NCBI GenBank assembly: GCA_013239625.1 | Contig: MU054400.1 | Location: 293,146 to 357,145, forward strand | Direction of reading: 5' to 3' | DNA length: 64,000 nt | Source of the DNA: Lama guanicoe | Lineage: Eukaryota | Part shown: positions 63,166 to 64,000 of the stretch, piece after piece | How positions within the stretch are numbered: position 1 is the first letter of the stretch | Layout: the number at the start of each line of letters is the position of its first letter | The notes under the pieces: model-generated | Database searches by the model: none | What the model was told of the DNA's origin: nothing | What the model saw: the letters and a program-made list of their open reading frames with translations, nothing else | Program-made: the position numbers and the translations under genes

Positions 63166-63631
63166 AGTTCTGATACTCACCCTTCCCAAAAATCTAGCAT
63201 GCTGCTGCCCTCAAAGTGGACCACCACTAATTTATCTAATCAGGAGACCCCCATGAGCTCTCTGGCATGCCTACCTGCCTCCCACTACCGTGGTGTGCCT
63301 GCTGCACCCAGATGTTAAGCTAGTAAGCTGCAATCAATTAGCAATTATAATTAAAGCTGAACGTAATTAACAACATAATAGTGAGATATTTTTGTTTAAT
63401 TTCCTGAAGTTGGAAGACTATGACGCTCCTGACAGGAGATAATAAATACAAATAAAGCTCCTTAATTCAGATGAGCATTTGAGTCACATCCAAATAATTG
63501 TTCATCAAGTCATTGTTACCAAATGGAAATTCACTGGCCCACACAAATGTAGATAATTATCTTAATTAATGATCTTGTGGCCCATTACCAACAGACTTAG
63601 ATGTCCCTGCTGTCTTTAAATGCTTAAAAAT

Positions 63632-63755
63632 TAGCGGATGACTGCACAACAATTCGAATATACCTAATGCCACTGAACTATATACTTTAAAAAGGTTAGA
63701 ATGGTAAATTTTATGCTGTGTATATTTTACCTCAATAAAAATTCTTTTTAAAAAA
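63632..63755 (+). mobile_element. L1MB/L1MC-type 3' end
   Basis: aatgccactgaact...aatggtaaattttatg...tatattttacctcaataaaa. Confidence 0.8.
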
Positions 63756-63759
63756 CCAT

Positions 63760-63985
63760 AGTGTAGTGATAAAAGTATAGGCTGTTGAGTCAGTCAGAAA
63801 GGAGCATAAATTCTGGCTGGGCCACTTCCTGGCTCTGTGACCTCTAGCAAGTTGATAAACCTCTCTGAATCCCAGTTTCTTCCTCTACAAAATCAAGTAA
63901 TAATGCCTACCCATCAAATGAGGTAGGTAGTTGGAGGTAAGGAGTAGAAACGATGCATAGAAAGCATTCAGTGGGTGACACGGCG
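63760..63985 (+). mobile_element. MIR SINE
   Basis: ctctgtgacct...aacctctctgaatcccagtttcttcctct. Confidence 0.75.
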
Positions 63986-64000
63986 CTGAGGACGGATTAG

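Noticed and set aside
1..64000. CRISPR array, operon, rRNA or novel multi-gene system
   Set aside because: Mammalian repeat-rich DNA with one credible CDS; no repeat-spacer array or gene cluster seen

Overview
Mammalian genomic DNA, most likely camelid (Camelus/Vicugna/Lama), judged from six copies of a camelid-type tRNA-derived SINE. It holds one recognisable protein-coding gene, TMEM215 (+ strand, uninterrupted CDS 6285-6992, 235 aa). A CpG-island promoter (~4.7-5.8 kb) and a 5'-UTR intron precede it, and a long AT-rich 3' UTR follows. The remaining ~52 kb is intergenic and dominated by old repeats (L2, MIR, L3/CR1, L1M, MaLR/ERVL/ERV1 solo LTRs, hAT MITEs), plus younger L1 tails, SINEs and one 13-N gap. 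Repeat families were recognised by eye from remembered consensus sequences, so subfamily names and most boundaries are approximate. I found no convincing undescribed multi-gene system. The best leads are small: a DR4 nuclear-receptor element and an OTX2/CRX site in the TMEM215 promoter, an in-frame Met-Glu-stop uORF abutting the start codon, a 31-bp 3'-UTR duplication that doubles a miR-200b/c/429 site, a TSD-bounded L1 with an atypical 3' tail (possible transduction), and a possible cryptic spliced lncRNA near 47-49 kb.
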